Position numbers and translations under genes: made by a program
Assembly (NCBI GenBank): GCA_965221905.1
Contig: OZ244922.1
Location: 1,056,001-1,120,000 of the forward strand
Direction: 5' to 3'
Source of the DNA: Chloroflexota bacterium
Lineage (GTDB): Bacteria > Chloroflexota > UBA11872 > VXOZ01
Length of the DNA: 64,000 bases
Notes under the pieces: generated by a model
Seen by the model: the letters and a program-made list of their open reading frames with translations, nothing else
Told to the model about the DNA's origin: nothing
The model's database searches: none
Shown here: one piece after another, positions 1-9,286 of the stretch
How the letters are laid out: the number at the start of each line of letters is the position of its first letter
Position numbering within the stretch: the stretch's first letter is position 1

Positions 1-87
1 GCACCTGCCATGTTTAGAGTAGGCATCCGGTGCAATACCTTTGAGCGGCGCCCCATGGAGCGCCCTAAGTCCGGTCTCCCGGCTCAC

Positions 88-936
88 TCAAGGGGCGGTG
101 TCGCCGCCTAGTTCCATGGCATCGATGAGCCGCGTGGCGCCGATGCGGACGGCGAGTGACGCGAGTGCCGGACCCTCGATAGCAGCCAATTCCTCCAGAC
201 TTTCGTCGTCGGCGATGCTCACGTAGTCCACGTGCGCCAGAGGTTCGCGCGCGAGCACCGTATGCATGGCGGCGCGGAGGGCGTTGGCGTCGCGTTCTCC
301 GGCGGCGAAACGCTCTGCCGCTGCTTGCAATGACCGATAAACGACTATTGCCGCTGCACGCTCGTCTGGATTCAAATGGACGTTGCGGCTTGCCTGGGCG
401 AGACCGTCGGGTTCGCGCACCGTATCCACCGGCACAATCATGGTGGGAATGTCGAGGTCGCGCACCATGCGTTGGATGACGCGTAGTTGCTGGGCATCTT
501 TGCGACCGAAGTAGGCCCGGTGGGGCTGCACGATGTTGAGCAGCTTGCAGACAACCGTGGTTACGCCGCGGAAGTGTCCGGGGCGCGCCGCTCCTTCCAA
601 CCGATCGGTAAGACTCTCTACGTGTACGAAGGTGCTGAAGTCGTCCGCATACATCGCGCCTGCTTCCGGTACGAAGACGGCATCCACGCCCCATTCTTCG
701 AACATTGCAAGATCGCGCGACAGGTCGCGGGGGTAGGTAGCGAGGTCCTTGTTGGACCCAAACTGCAAGGGATTGACGAATATCGTGGCCCAGCACAGGT
801 CATTCTTGGCGCGGGAGGCATCTACTAGCGCCATGTGGCCCGCGTGCAAGTACCCCATGGTGGGCACCAGCCCAAGGCTGCCTCGGACTGATTGCCGAGC
901 GGCGCGAACTGCTGGGATGGTGCGCAGAACCTGCAT
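88..936 (-). CDS. panC: Pantoate--beta-alanine ligase
   Basis: VPTMGYLHAGH (HIGH-like), FVNPLQF, YPRD, GAARPGHFRGV, FGRKDAQQ, REPDGLAQASRN and RLID motifs. Start placed at ATG 936 because the upstream ORF extension runs into a repeat. Confidence 0.96.
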   Translation of the reverse strand: MQVLRTIPAVRAARQSVRGSLGLVPTMGYLHAGHMALVDASRAKNDLCWATIFVNPLQFGSNKDLATYPRDLSRDLAMFEEWGVDAVFVPEAGAMYADDFSTFVHVESLTDRLEGAARPGHFRGVTTVVCKLLNIVQPHRAYFGRKDAQQLRVIQRMVRDLDIPTMIVPVDTVREPDGLAQASRNVHLNPDERAAAIVVYRSLQAAAERFAAGERDANALRAAMHTVLAREPLAHVDYVSIADDESLEELAAIEGPALASLAVRIGATRLIDAMELGGDTAP

Positions 937-1001
937 GAGAAAATACTTGGTGGTTGCTGGGAGTAGAATCCGGACTGTGTTCTCGCGCTCAAATGGCCCC
1001 C

Positions 1002-1038
1002 TCCCATTCACCCTTCGACAGGCTCAGGGCGAACGGGA
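1002..1038. repeat. REP-like palindrome, family A (CCGTTCRCCCTTCGACAGGCTCAGGGCGAACGG type)
   Basis: tcccattcacccttcgacaggctcagggcgaacggga; imperfect hairpin that recurs many times in the window. Confidence 0.85.
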
Positions 1039-1082
1039 TTCTATTCTCGTGGCCTAGTTCTCGATCGAATAGGAAGTTCCCC

Positions 1083-1955
1083 TTAGCCTTCGTCAGAGGT
1101 CGGGACCAGTGTCTCTTTACGCAAGGCGCGGGCAACTTCATTGGGGAGCGAGAAACTGTTTTCGCGGGTAGGAAACGTGCCGGCTTCGACGTCTTGAACA
1201 TATGCATTCACGGCAGCTCGCATCTCGTCACCCAACGAAGCGTATGCCTTGGCGTGTCGCGGATGTTCGGGGTGTGGGTTGAGCCCGAGCAGGTCATGCA
1301 GGACTTGTATCTGCCCGTCGCAATGCACACCTGCGCCGATGCCGATGGTGGGGATGGTCAACGATTTGGTGACCTGTTGCGCGAGCGTCGCCGGAATGCT
1401 CTCCAGGACGATAGCAAACGCGCCTGCGCGCTCGAGGGCGAGGGCCTCGTGTTGAAGTTCTTCCGCTTCCGCTAGTGTGCGTCCCTGGGCGCGGTAGCCG
1501 CCCAATTGGTGGACCGACTGCGGCGTAAGCCCCAGGTGACCCATCACCGGAATGCCGGTAGCCACAAGATGTGCCGTTACCGCAATTGTCTGCTTGCCGC
1601 CTTCCAGCTTCACCGCCTGCGCGCCGCCCTCTTGGACCAGTTTGCCGGCATTGAGGAGCGCCCGTTCGTTGGAAACCTGATACGAGAGGAAAGGCATGTC
1701 GGCGATAATCAGGGCCCGGCGCGTGCCGCGCACTACGGCCTGGGTGTGGCGCAAGATATCGTCTATGGTGACCGGCAGGGTATTCTCGTAGCCCAGCACC
1801 GTATTGCCCACGCTGTCGCCAACCAGAATTGCAGGCACGCCGCCCGCTTCTACAAAGTGCGCCAGCGGTGCGTCATACGCCGTGAGCATCACAATCTTGC
1901 GACCCTCTGCTTTCATCTGCTTGAGGTCGGCGATGGTAGCGCGTACGGTGCTCAT
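1083..1955 (-). CDS. panB: 3-methyl-2-oxobutanoate hydroxymethyltransferase
   Basis: MLTAYD, LVGDS, ADMPFLSY, AVKLEGG, VMGHLGLTPQSV and TIGIGAG...DGQ motifs. Confidence 0.97.
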   Translation of the reverse strand: MSTVRATIADLKQMKAEGRKIVMLTAYDAPLAHFVEAGGVPAILVGDSVGNTVLGYENTLPVTIDDILRHTQAVVRGTRRALIIADMPFLSYQVSNERALLNAGKLVQEGGAQAVKLEGGKQTIAVTAHLVATGIPVMGHLGLTPQSVHQLGGYRAQGRTLAEAEELQHEALALERAGAFAIVLESIPATLAQQVTKSLTIPTIGIGAGVHCDGQIQVLHDLLGLNPHPEHPRHAKAYASLGDEMRAAVNAYVQDVEAGTFPTRENSFSLPNEVARALRKETLVPTSDEG

Positions 1956-2848
1956 GGATTTCCCCGGACTCTCAACAATTCTCTGAGGACAGCCAGCAGC
2001 TTTTCTTCGATAACGCGTTGGCCATTGGCAGCATCTTTGCCCTCGGTGGGCGCGAGATTATTGTATATCATCGTGAGTGCCATTGCAGCGTACGTGAGCG
2101 TGTGCTGCGGAGCGCTTTCCGCAACCGCTTGGAGATTTTTCTCCACAGTCGGCCAATCTCCACGTGATACCGGGCCGGTGAGGGCGTCAGTTGGACCAAG
2201 TCGGCGGAGGTTGTGCAGGGTGCCTTGCAGCAAGGGCAACAAGGCCTGGAGCGCTTCTGGCTCAGTTTTCCCTATCGCGCGCCAGAGCGCGACACCGGCG
2301 TGCGTTAGGGCCACAGTATAGTTTGAGACCAACACTGCAGCCGCGTGATAGGCGGGTCGCGCATCCGGCGGAACATAGCCCCACGTGCACTCCAGTGCGG
2401 CAGCGATGGCTGCAAGCCGACCAAGGAGCGGCTCTTCCGCTTCAATTGCCACGAATGTGCCGGGCAGATTTGAAAACGCCGCTTGCGCGTCCGGGAGCGT
2501 CTGCAGTGGATGGAACGCGCCGGGCAGAGCGCCATGTTGCTCAACCACAGAGAGCACGGAGGCAGGTAACGCGCCGCTGCAGTGGACGACGCCTTGTCCG
2601 CGTTGCCAGGTTACGGCGCTGGCGACTGCGTTGATGGCGTTGTCGGGTGTGGTAATGAAGACGAGGTCGCAGGTGTCTGCGACAGCTTGTGCCGTGGTTG
2701 ATTTACAGTCCGGCAGGGCGGCGGAGAGGGTTTCGGCATGAGCAGGGGTCTTGCCGGCTACGGCGGCTATTGCGTACCCCCGGTCTGCGAGAAGGCGCGC
2801 CAGACCTGTTCCTACGCGCCCGGGCCCGATCACGCCGATTTTCATCAC
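1952..2848 (-). CDS. Rossmann-like/DUF2520 oxidoreductase, probable PanG-type ketopantoate reductase
   Basis: GPGRVG Rossmann motif, HCSGA, FHPLQT, YHAAAV..SNY and ALTGPVSRGD motifs; overlaps the panB start by 4 nt. Confidence 0.85.
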   Translation of the reverse strand: MMKIGVIGPGRVGTGLARLLADRGYAIAAVAGKTPAHAETLSAALPDCKSTTAQAVADTCDLVFITTPDNAINAVASAVTWQRGQGVVHCSGALPASVLSVVEQHGALPGAFHPLQTLPDAQAAFSNLPGTFVAIEAEEPLLGRLAAIAAALECTWGYVPPDARPAYHAAAVLVSNYTVALTHAGVALWRAIGKTEPEALQALLPLLQGTLHNLRRLGPTDALTGPVSRGDWPTVEKNLQAVAESAPQHTLTYAAMALTMIYNNLAPTEGKDAANGQRVIEEKLLAVLRELLRVRGNP

Positions 2849-2944
2849 TCTCGTCCTCGAAAAGCGATGCGCTGTATGAAGGGGAATAGGTCTAACTGCA
2901 TCGCCAAGATTTAATCCTAGAAGACGGAAGAACGCGTGCGGCTA

Positions 2945-3475
2945 TCACCGGATCATGGCGTCGATGCGGTCACCGATGACTTCAAGCGTTTGGATGGGGA
3001 AGGTGCCCGTTTCAACGATGTTCTTAAGATCGGCAAGGAGGGTCTTAATCTCTACGATCTGCTCTTGTTGTCCCACAGATCCCAACTTGGCCGCAGCATT
3101 CAGTGAGCGCTCGACTTCGGCCAATTCGCGCACCGCGAGTCCGCTTTGGCGTTCGTTCAGATGCACGCGCGCGCGGCTAATGCGCACCGATGCCCGCAAG
3201 AGATGGTTTTGGAATTGCAGTACGGAGACATTCTGATTAAGCGTCTCAGCCTGCTGCTCGACGCCGGAAACGCGCGTATCCATTGCGCTTGTGACCTGAG
3301 CGGCATTCTGCGCCCGGTCGGCGGCAGTCTGTATGGTGGGGCGTTCCTGCCAGAGCAGGATGCCGAGCGCCAACGCTGCCACGCCCACTGCGACGCCAAT
3401 CACGGCCAGCGCCAACGTGATAACTCTAATGTAGCTTCCGAGCCGGGCTGCAAATGAGGATTTCGCGTTTGCCAT
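2945..3475 (-). CDS. Hypothetical membrane-anchored coiled-coil protein
   Basis: N-terminal TM helix followed by a helical/heptad region; GGAG RBS upstream. Confidence 0.7.
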   Translation of the reverse strand: MANAKSSFAARLGSYIRVITLALAVIGVAVGVAALALGILLWQERPTIQTAADRAQNAAQVTSAMDTRVSGVEQQAETLNQNVSVLQFQNHLLRASVRISRARVHLNERQSGLAVRELAEVERSLNAAAKLGSVGQQEQIVEIKTLLADLKNIVETGTFPIQTLEVIGDRIDAMIR

Positions 3476-3601
3476 GCTGTGGTTCTGCTCCTAGTAGGGA
3501 CTCCTAAAACCTGGGGAACCTGCTCTTCCAGCATACCAAAGTACGGCACAGGTACGTATGGGGCGGTGGGCAGGCGCGCAAGAGCCCAAATCAGGGGTCT
3601 T

Positions 3602-3630
3602 CGTGATTCCGGCTTCGGCGGAGTCCAGGA
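3602..3630. repeat. Degenerate family B palindrome (GTCATTCCCGCGAAAGCGGGAATC, dRS3-like)
   Basis: cgtgattccggcttcggcggagtccagg resembles the copies at 4900 and 15432. Confidence 0.5.
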
Positions 3631-3706
3631 TGTGTACAAAGACATGATTCAGATACCTGCTTGCGCCGACGCAGGGCTTTTCGCCGGGAAATTTCGGATG
3701 ATGATC

Positions 3707-3738
3707 GTGATATGCAGGGGCTTGCCCCTGCATATCAC
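3707..3738. repeat. Perfect 15-bp inverted repeat, family C-like core (GGGGCTTGCCCC); possible terminator of the GNAT gene
   Basis: gtgatatgcaggggc-tt-gcccctgcatatcac. Confidence 0.75.
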
Positions 3739-3905
3739 TGTTCTTCTCAATTCTCAGAGCAACGGTGAGGTTTTGAGACTAGCTCTACGTATCACAGATA
3801 AAATCTCAGCGGTTTCCCCCGCTCCCCAAGCAACCCTGCCACCCATGCAGCGCGGCGATATAAAGTGTGGCAATTGGTTGCGCATGAAGCGTCAAGGATG
3901 AAGCG

Positions 3906-4616
3906 TTAGCAATAAACGCGGGAAGGTTGAGGCTTGGGGAGGACAACGACGGGATAGGGGATAAGCCAAGCGCGGGAGGAATTGACGCGACGGCCCGAGC
4001 GTCTCGCACCGCGTATGCGCCCTTCGTCGCATAGCTGCTGCACACGCTGGCGGCAGCGACCCATGAGGGCGGCGGCCTCGTTGACTGTGACGTACTTGCG
4101 TTGCTTCTTCTCCTCAGGCTTCAATGGCATGGCGTAGAAGACTTGCTGCGCCACCTCCTCGAATCCTAGGTCGGGATAGAGGTGACGGCCGATTGGGTTT
4201 TGGGTCAAGGTTTCAATGCGCGCCAACGTAAGCTGCTGGTCGCGAAAGTGCCCAAGGCAGTGTTCGATTAGCATGCGTCCGATGCCCTTGCCGCGAAACT
4301 GCTCGTCTACCGCCATATCGGGGAGTTGGCCGACGCTGTTTGTGCGGTTGATGCGCGTTGTTGCGAACGCAATTACCTCACCCTTGTACTCGGCCACAAA
4401 GCAGTCTTCCGGATGGTCGGTGAGGTCACCGGCTACCATAGGCCATTTGCGCTCGCCCCAAGGCACCGGCAAGAGACCGGGCCAGGAATTCTCGATGTTG
4501 TGCTCGATGCTCACCCCCGTGAAGGCGGCGATAGTGAGATCCTTGACCCGCGCCTCATCTTTCGGTTGATACGTGCGTATGCTCATTTCCTTCAGGAACT
4601 TCTCGTCAACTGGCAT
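3906..4616 (-). CDS. GNAT N-acetyltransferase with C-terminal excisionase-like (HTH_17) DNA-binding domain
   Basis: MAVDEQFRGKGIGR acetyl-CoA motif A and LYPDLGF; C-terminal YVTVNEAAALMGRCRQRVQQLCDEGRIRGARR...AWLIP. Confidence 0.8.
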   Translation of the reverse strand: MPVDEKFLKEMSIRTYQPKDEARVKDLTIAAFTGVSIEHNIENSWPGLLPVPWGERKWPMVAGDLTDHPEDCFVAEYKGEVIAFATTRINRTNSVGQLPDMAVDEQFRGKGIGRMLIEHCLGHFRDQQLTLARIETLTQNPIGRHLYPDLGFEEVAQQVFYAMPLKPEEKKQRKYVTVNEAAALMGRCRQRVQQLCDEGRIRGARRSGRRVNSSRAWLIPYPVVVLPKPQPSRVYC

Positions 4617-4790
4617 TGCTCACCGTCCAAGTGTCCTTAGTTTTCTTCGGCTCTTTGACCCTCGCTAGCTGAAGCAGCGTGCTGCCTCGGTTGCAGTGGC
4701 GATTCGTAAAGACATCGCCACGTACTCTGACGCCCAAGGTGCATTGTTTTGCGTGGCCATGTCCGGTTTGTTGAAAATGTGCGGAACCAT

Positions 4791-4819
4791 GCCGAGCGGG
4801 GAACAAGCCCCCGCGCTAC
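4791..4819 (-). repeat. GTAG-type REP (family C)
   Basis: Reverse strand reads GTAGcgcgggggcttgttccccgctcggc; related copies at 32520-32545 and 60558-60578. Confidence 0.7.
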
Positions 4820-4899
4820 AGTGGGAAGCCGCGCCGAACAGGTGACCGGTCTCCGCCCAACAATGGGAAGGGCCATCCCATCCGTCACTTCCGTTCCAT

Positions 4900-4926
4900 C
4901 CGTCATTCCCGCGAAAGCGGGAATCT
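4900..4926. repeat. Family B palindrome (dRS3-like)
   Basis: ccgtcattcccgcgaaagcgggaatct, preceded by a partial duplicate ccatccgtcacttcc. Confidence 0.8.
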
Positions 4927-5070
4927 ATCCACTCTGTCTTCCTTGGACTTGCTACTATCTCAAGCGGCGCGCACGACCAAGTGAAGACTTCTCCATCAAA
5001 TCACAGTTTATATCAAGCGACTGCGACGCAGTATGGAGCGACTGCGGACATTCAAGCGATCACGTGCCTA

Positions 5071-5814
5071 TCAGACGCCTCTGCCGCCGTCGATCACAAG
5101 TGTCTGACCGGTTGTCCATTCACCATTGCAAATGAGGTAGTGCGTTGCCCCCGCGATATCCTCCGGCGTTCCCAAGCGCTGCGTAATTGTGGACTGGCGA
5201 ATCTCCTCATTGCGCTCGGGGTGACCTTCCGTCCAACGCGTATAAATGAGACCGGGCGCAACGCTATTCACAAGTATTTCCGGTCCGAGGGCGGCGGCCA
5301 TAGACTTTGTAAGAGCAATCATGGCGGCCTTGGACGCGGCATACGGTACCGAACTGCCGCCGCCGGTTAAGCCTGCTACTGAGGATATGTTGACAATGCG
5401 GCCGCTGCCCAGTGCCTTCATGATGGGCGCGACGGCGCGGATACCGTAAAATGCCCCTTTCACGTTGACGGCGAAGATGCGGTCCCAAAGCTCATCCGTC
5501 AGCTTGTCGAGCTCGGTATGTTTGATGAACTGCGTGTATCCCGCATTGTTCACCAGCACGTCCACCCGTCCAAAAGATTCGTGGGCAAACGCCACCATCT
5601 CTTTGACCTTTTCTTCGTCGGCTACGTCAGCCTTGAAGGTTACACCCTGGCCGCCGGCTGCCGTGACGTCACGGGCGGTCTGTTCGGCCTCTTTCTCCGA
5701 CCTCGAATAATTGACTACGACAGATGCTCCCTCACGCGCAAGCGAAAGGCAGACAGCGCGGCCAATGCCGGTCGCGCCGCCGGTCACGATGGCGCACTTT
5801 CCTTCCAATTGCAT
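5071..5814 (-). CDS. Short-chain dehydrogenase/reductase (FabG-like)
   Basis: TGGATGIG, NNAG, ISS, YAASK and NSVAPG motifs. Confidence 0.93.
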   Translation of the reverse strand: MQLEGKCAIVTGGATGIGRAVCLSLAREGASVVVNYSRSEKEAEQTARDVTAAGGQGVTFKADVADEEKVKEMVAFAHESFGRVDVLVNNAGYTQFIKHTELDKLTDELWDRIFAVNVKGAFYGIRAVAPIMKALGSGRIVNISSVAGLTGGGSSVPYAASKAAMIALTKSMAAALGPEILVNSVAPGLIYTRWTEGHPERNEEIRQSTITQRLGTPEDIAGATHYLICNGEWTTGQTLVIDGGRGV

Positions 5815-5827
5815 ACACTTGTCCTCC

Positions 5828-6205
5828 TTAGCGAATGATAAACCACAGGCCGACTAAAAGAAGCAGTCCAATCCAACAGTTTGCCAGCATCAACATACGA
5901 GCAGCAAAGGCGTTGGTTCTCACAATAAAGCCGGTTACCACACAGTTAATGAAAATCAGCAGCAGAACTCCGAGCGGAAGGCGGAAGAGATAGACCTTGT
6001 TGGCCACGAGATCGGCTTGGCCCTGAGCGTTGAAGAGAATGGGCAGCCGTTCCGGGAGTTGCGGGAAGACGTTCAGGATGGCGCCGAGTAGGGCTAAATT
6101 GATCAGCACGGCAAGAATGAACAAGAGTATGAACGCCTTATCCGTCCAGAATCGATAGACAGGCGCAAGCTCAGACTCCAGGTTGCCGCCGGTTTGCTCT
6201 GCCAT
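5828..6205 (-). CDS. Small membrane protein (DUF1648-like)
   Basis: Three TM helices with an LPERLPILFNAQGQAD loop. Confidence 0.65.
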   Translation of the reverse strand: MAEQTGGNLESELAPVYRFWTDKAFILLFILAVLINLALLGAILNVFPQLPERLPILFNAQGQADLVANKVYLFRLPLGVLLLIFINCVVTGFIVRTNAFAARMLMLANCWIGLLLLVGLWFIIR

Positions 6206-6360
6206 CTCTTGTCCTTGGCGGTGGCTTGCGAGTCGAGGGTGTCTGTTAGTCTCAGCGTTCGATTGCGTGTCGCAGCGGAACGGGTCAATACCTCAGAGAA
6301 CGCCGATGAATTGCGGGACCTCGGCCATTGCGCCAACTCGTTGGAACGCCGGGCACACTC

Positions 6361-7338
6361 CTAAACGCTGGCGCCTACCGGATAGACGGCTGCGCACCAG
6401 TCGCCATACTTCGGACTGCGGTTGCGCACCGCCTCGAAGAAGACCTTCTGCAACTGAGCGGTGACGGGGCCGATTTCGCCGCTGCCGATTATCCTGCCGT
6501 CCACCTCGCCAATGGCGGAGATTTGGGCGGCTGTGCCGGTAAAGAAGAGCTCGTCGGCAATGTAGAGCTCGGTACGCGCGATTCGCCGCTCCACCACTTC
6601 AATGCCGAATTCTTCCCGGGCCAGGGTCATCACGGCATGGCGCGTGATGCCTTCCAGGATGTTGGAGTCAGGCCCGGTGGTAATGAGCTTGCCGTCCCGC
6701 AGCATGAAGATGTTCTCGCCTGGGCCTTCCGAGACCGAGCCGTCACCGTTAAGCATGATGGCTTCGTCGAATCCCATCTCCTTGGCTTGGGAGGTAGCCA
6801 GGGCCGAATTGATATAGAGGCCCGTCACTTTCGCCCGTGGTGGGATCACGTTGTCGTCAATGCGCCGCCAGGGAGAGATGGTGACGCGGATCGGTTTATC
6901 CAAGTCCAGGTACGCCCCAAAGGGCACGGTGAACATGAAGAAGTCATCCGGCACGTCTTCCAAGCCGCCGTCGGCGGATTTGCGCACCAGTGAGAGACCG
7001 ACCTGCTCAGCGCTCTTGTAAACAAGCGGGCGCACGTACACGTCTTCGCGGTAGCCGCACTTTGCAATGAGGTCGCACGCCAGCCGGGTCAGTTCTTCCG
7101 GGCTGAAGCGCAGCTTCATGCGCAAAATGTGTGCGGAGCGGTGCAGGCGTTCAAAGTGCTCACGCGCGCGAAAGAGATAGACCTGCTCATCCTCGGGTAC
7201 CCAGTAGCCCCGAATGCCTTCAAAGCAGCCGGTTCCGTAATTGAGCGCGTGAGTCATGATGCCCACTTTGGCTGCAGAAAGCGGCACCACATTACCTTCG
7301 AAAAACGCGTACGGTTCGCCCACAACCGACCTCCTCAT
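6361..7338 (-). CDS. ilvE: Branched-chain amino acid aminotransferase
   Basis: HALNYGTGCFEGIRGY, AKVTGLY (PLP Lys), SEGPGEN, ILEGITR and FFTGTAA motifs. Confidence 0.95.
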   Translation of the reverse strand: MRRSVVGEPYAFFEGNVVPLSAAKVGIMTHALNYGTGCFEGIRGYWVPEDEQVYLFRAREHFERLHRSAHILRMKLRFSPEELTRLACDLIAKCGYREDVYVRPLVYKSAEQVGLSLVRKSADGGLEDVPDDFFMFTVPFGAYLDLDKPIRVTISPWRRIDDNVIPPRAKVTGLYINSALATSQAKEMGFDEAIMLNGDGSVSEGPGENIFMLRDGKLITTGPDSNILEGITRHAVMTLAREEFGIEVVERRIARTELYIADELFFTGTAAQISAIGEVDGRIIGSGEIGPVTAQLQKVFFEAVRNRSPKYGDWCAAVYPVGASV

Positions 7339-7480
7339 TAGCCCATTAGCGCATTTTCATATGCTTTATCATGCTACATTTGCCAAGGCCGTGCAAACGC
7401 CGTGCAGCGTGTCATGCTCGTGATAGACCCTTCTCGGCAGTCGTTTGCTTTAGGGATGGTTTGAATCACTGCTATGCGCG

Positions 7481-9286
7481 CTAGCGGTACGAGGCTGCCT
7501 GGAGCCGGTAAAGTTCGGCATACTCGCCTTCGGCGGACAGCAGCGCGGCGTGCGACCCCTGCTCGACCAAGCGGCCCTCCCGCAGCACCAGAATCCGGTC
7601 CGCAATCTGGCATGACGCCAGACGGTGGGATATGAGAACTGCGGTGCGCTTTTGCGCCATGTCGGCAAAGTGCGCATAGACCGCTGCTTCCGCGTTGGCG
7701 TCAAGCGCCGATGCCGGCTCGTCCAGTATGAGAATCTCGGCGGGCCGAAAGTACGCCCGGGCGATCGCTAGCGTTTGCCACTGTCCTACCGACATTTCCG
7801 CGCCTTCATGGAATTCCTTGCCCAACGGCGTGTCGAGACCGAGTGGCATTGCTGCCGCTACCTCGTCGGCACCGCTGCGAGCGAGGACTGCTTCAAGGTG
7901 TATTCTATCGTTAGCCCCTTCCAGCCAGCCGAAGGTGATGTTCTCCTCTACTGTAGTTTGGTAACGCAAGAAAGACTGAAAGACTGTGCCAAACTTCCTG
8001 TACCAATCAGCGGGTGCAATGTCAGCAAGGTCAACTCCATCGACCAAAATACGGCCGGACGTCGGTCGGTACAGGCCCATCAGGAGCTTGACGAACGTGG
8101 TCTTGCCCGCGCCGTTTTCGCCCACGAGGGCGATTCGCTCACCAGGCCGGAACGAAAAGTTGAGGTCGGAGAGCGCCGGTCGGTCAGTGCCCGGATAGGT
8201 GAAAGAGACTTTCTCCAAAACGATGGCATTGGTCAGTGGCTGATTCAGTCGCCGGCCAGCCTTGAGATCAATACGCGGGTTATCTATCAGTTCGAAATAA
8301 TCCTGCAAATAGCGGAGATGGTTGTAGAGGAGGGATCTACCCCAAATGAAATCTGAATAGCTGATTTGAAAGCTCTCTATAGCTGCGAAGAGTGCAGCCG
8401 CGGTGCCGATGCTTATGTGACCGCTGACGAGCAGTCCCACGCTCAAACCGATCGCCGCTATGTGGACCACACCGTTCATGCCATCCGAGACTACGGTGCG
8501 CCTCGCTTGGTGCGCCGCAAGTTGCAGCCGCTCTTTGTGAAGACCCTGGCGGAGATCTCCAGCCTGATCGAGCAGCCAGCGCCCAAGACCAAATAGCCGG
8601 ACTTCAGCGGCTGCCTCCCGACCGGTCAGTAAGTTAGTGTATACCCCAAAGCGGCGTTCCCTCGGAGTCTGCGCACGCTCCATGACATACCGCCGGCGCA
8701 GAATACGCTCGCGCAGGAGCACGCCTGGGGTCGTCCCGATTGCCAGTAGCACCGGCAGCCCCCAGTGGAATTGTCCTAGGTAGATGAGCAGGGAAACCAG
8801 CGCTACCATGTCTGACAGACTTGTCGAAAGGAAAGACATGGTGTCGCCCAGACGTCCGACCGTTCTACGCCGCACTCGGTGCAATAGGTCGTAGTGCTCA
8901 TCGTGCTCGAACCACTCCAGGGGCATGGCTTGGGCCTGCTGGAGGCAGCGCTCCTCGACGTACATTCCCAAGACTTCCTGATGGTGGCGGTCAAGCACTT
9001 GCTTGCCGTAGGAAACTGCAGCTTGTAGTAGCGCGAGTAGAGCGAGGACTAGCCCCCAAGTGAGACCGGCGCTTAGCGGCGCGTTGCCTGCTACTACCTG
9101 CTCTGCCGTCTCGATGAGCCGGCGCAAGACGTGAACGTCTGCCACGACAAACAGACCCATGCCGGCGCTGAGAATGGACAGGATTATTGTGCCCTTGGCA
9201 TCGGCAGCCATGAGCATTCCCACCGTGCGCGGCAAGTACTGTAGGCGCTGCCAAGGCCGGCCGGTGTTGTCCTGTGGCGTGCTCAT
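7481..9286 (-). CDS. ABC exporter, fused TMD-NBD subunit
   Basis: TM region plus GENGAGKTT, MSVGQWQ, LILDEP and SHRL; start overlaps the upstream stop (TGATG). Confidence 0.92.
   Translation of the reverse strand: MSTPQDNTGRPWQRLQYLPRTVGMLMAADAKGTIILSILSAGMGLFVVADVHVLRRLIETAEQVVAGNAPLSAGLTWGLVLALLALLQAAVSYGKQVLDRHHQEVLGMYVEERCLQQAQAMPLEWFEHDEHYDLLHRVRRRTVGRLGDTMSFLSTSLSDMVALVSLLIYLGQFHWGLPVLLAIGTTPGVLLRERILRRRYVMERAQTPRERRFGVYTNLLTGREAAAEVRLFGLGRWLLDQAGDLRQGLHKERLQLAAHQARRTVVSDGMNGVVHIAAIGLSVGLLVSGHISIGTAAALFAAIESFQISYSDFIWGRSLLYNHLRYLQDYFELIDNPRIDLKAGRRLNQPLTNAIVLEKVSFTYPGTDRPALSDLNFSFRPGERIALVGENGAGKTTFVKLLMGLYRPTSGRILVDGVDLADIAPADWYRKFGTVFQSFLRYQTTVEENITFGWLEGANDRIHLEAVLARSGADEVAAAMPLGLDTPLGKEFHEGAEMSVGQWQTLAIARAYFRPAEILILDEPASALDANAEAAVYAHFADMAQKRTAVLISHRLASCQIADRILVLREGRLVEQGSHAALLSAEGEYAELYRLQAASYR

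Noticed and set aside
937-1011. N-terminal extensions of panC, and likewise of the dehydratase (15394-15519) and the SBPs
   Set aside because: They run through intergenic repeats; homology and RBS point to downstream starts.
1506-2321. Long antisense or alternate-frame ORFs (also 6328-6993, 15308-16336, 26640-27341, 32921-33622, 49713-50435)
   Set aside because: Shadow ORFs of well-supported genes in GC-rich DNA, with no motifs.
4637-5135. ORFs 4637-4906 and 4749-5135
   Set aside because: They span family B and family C repeats and show no coding signature.
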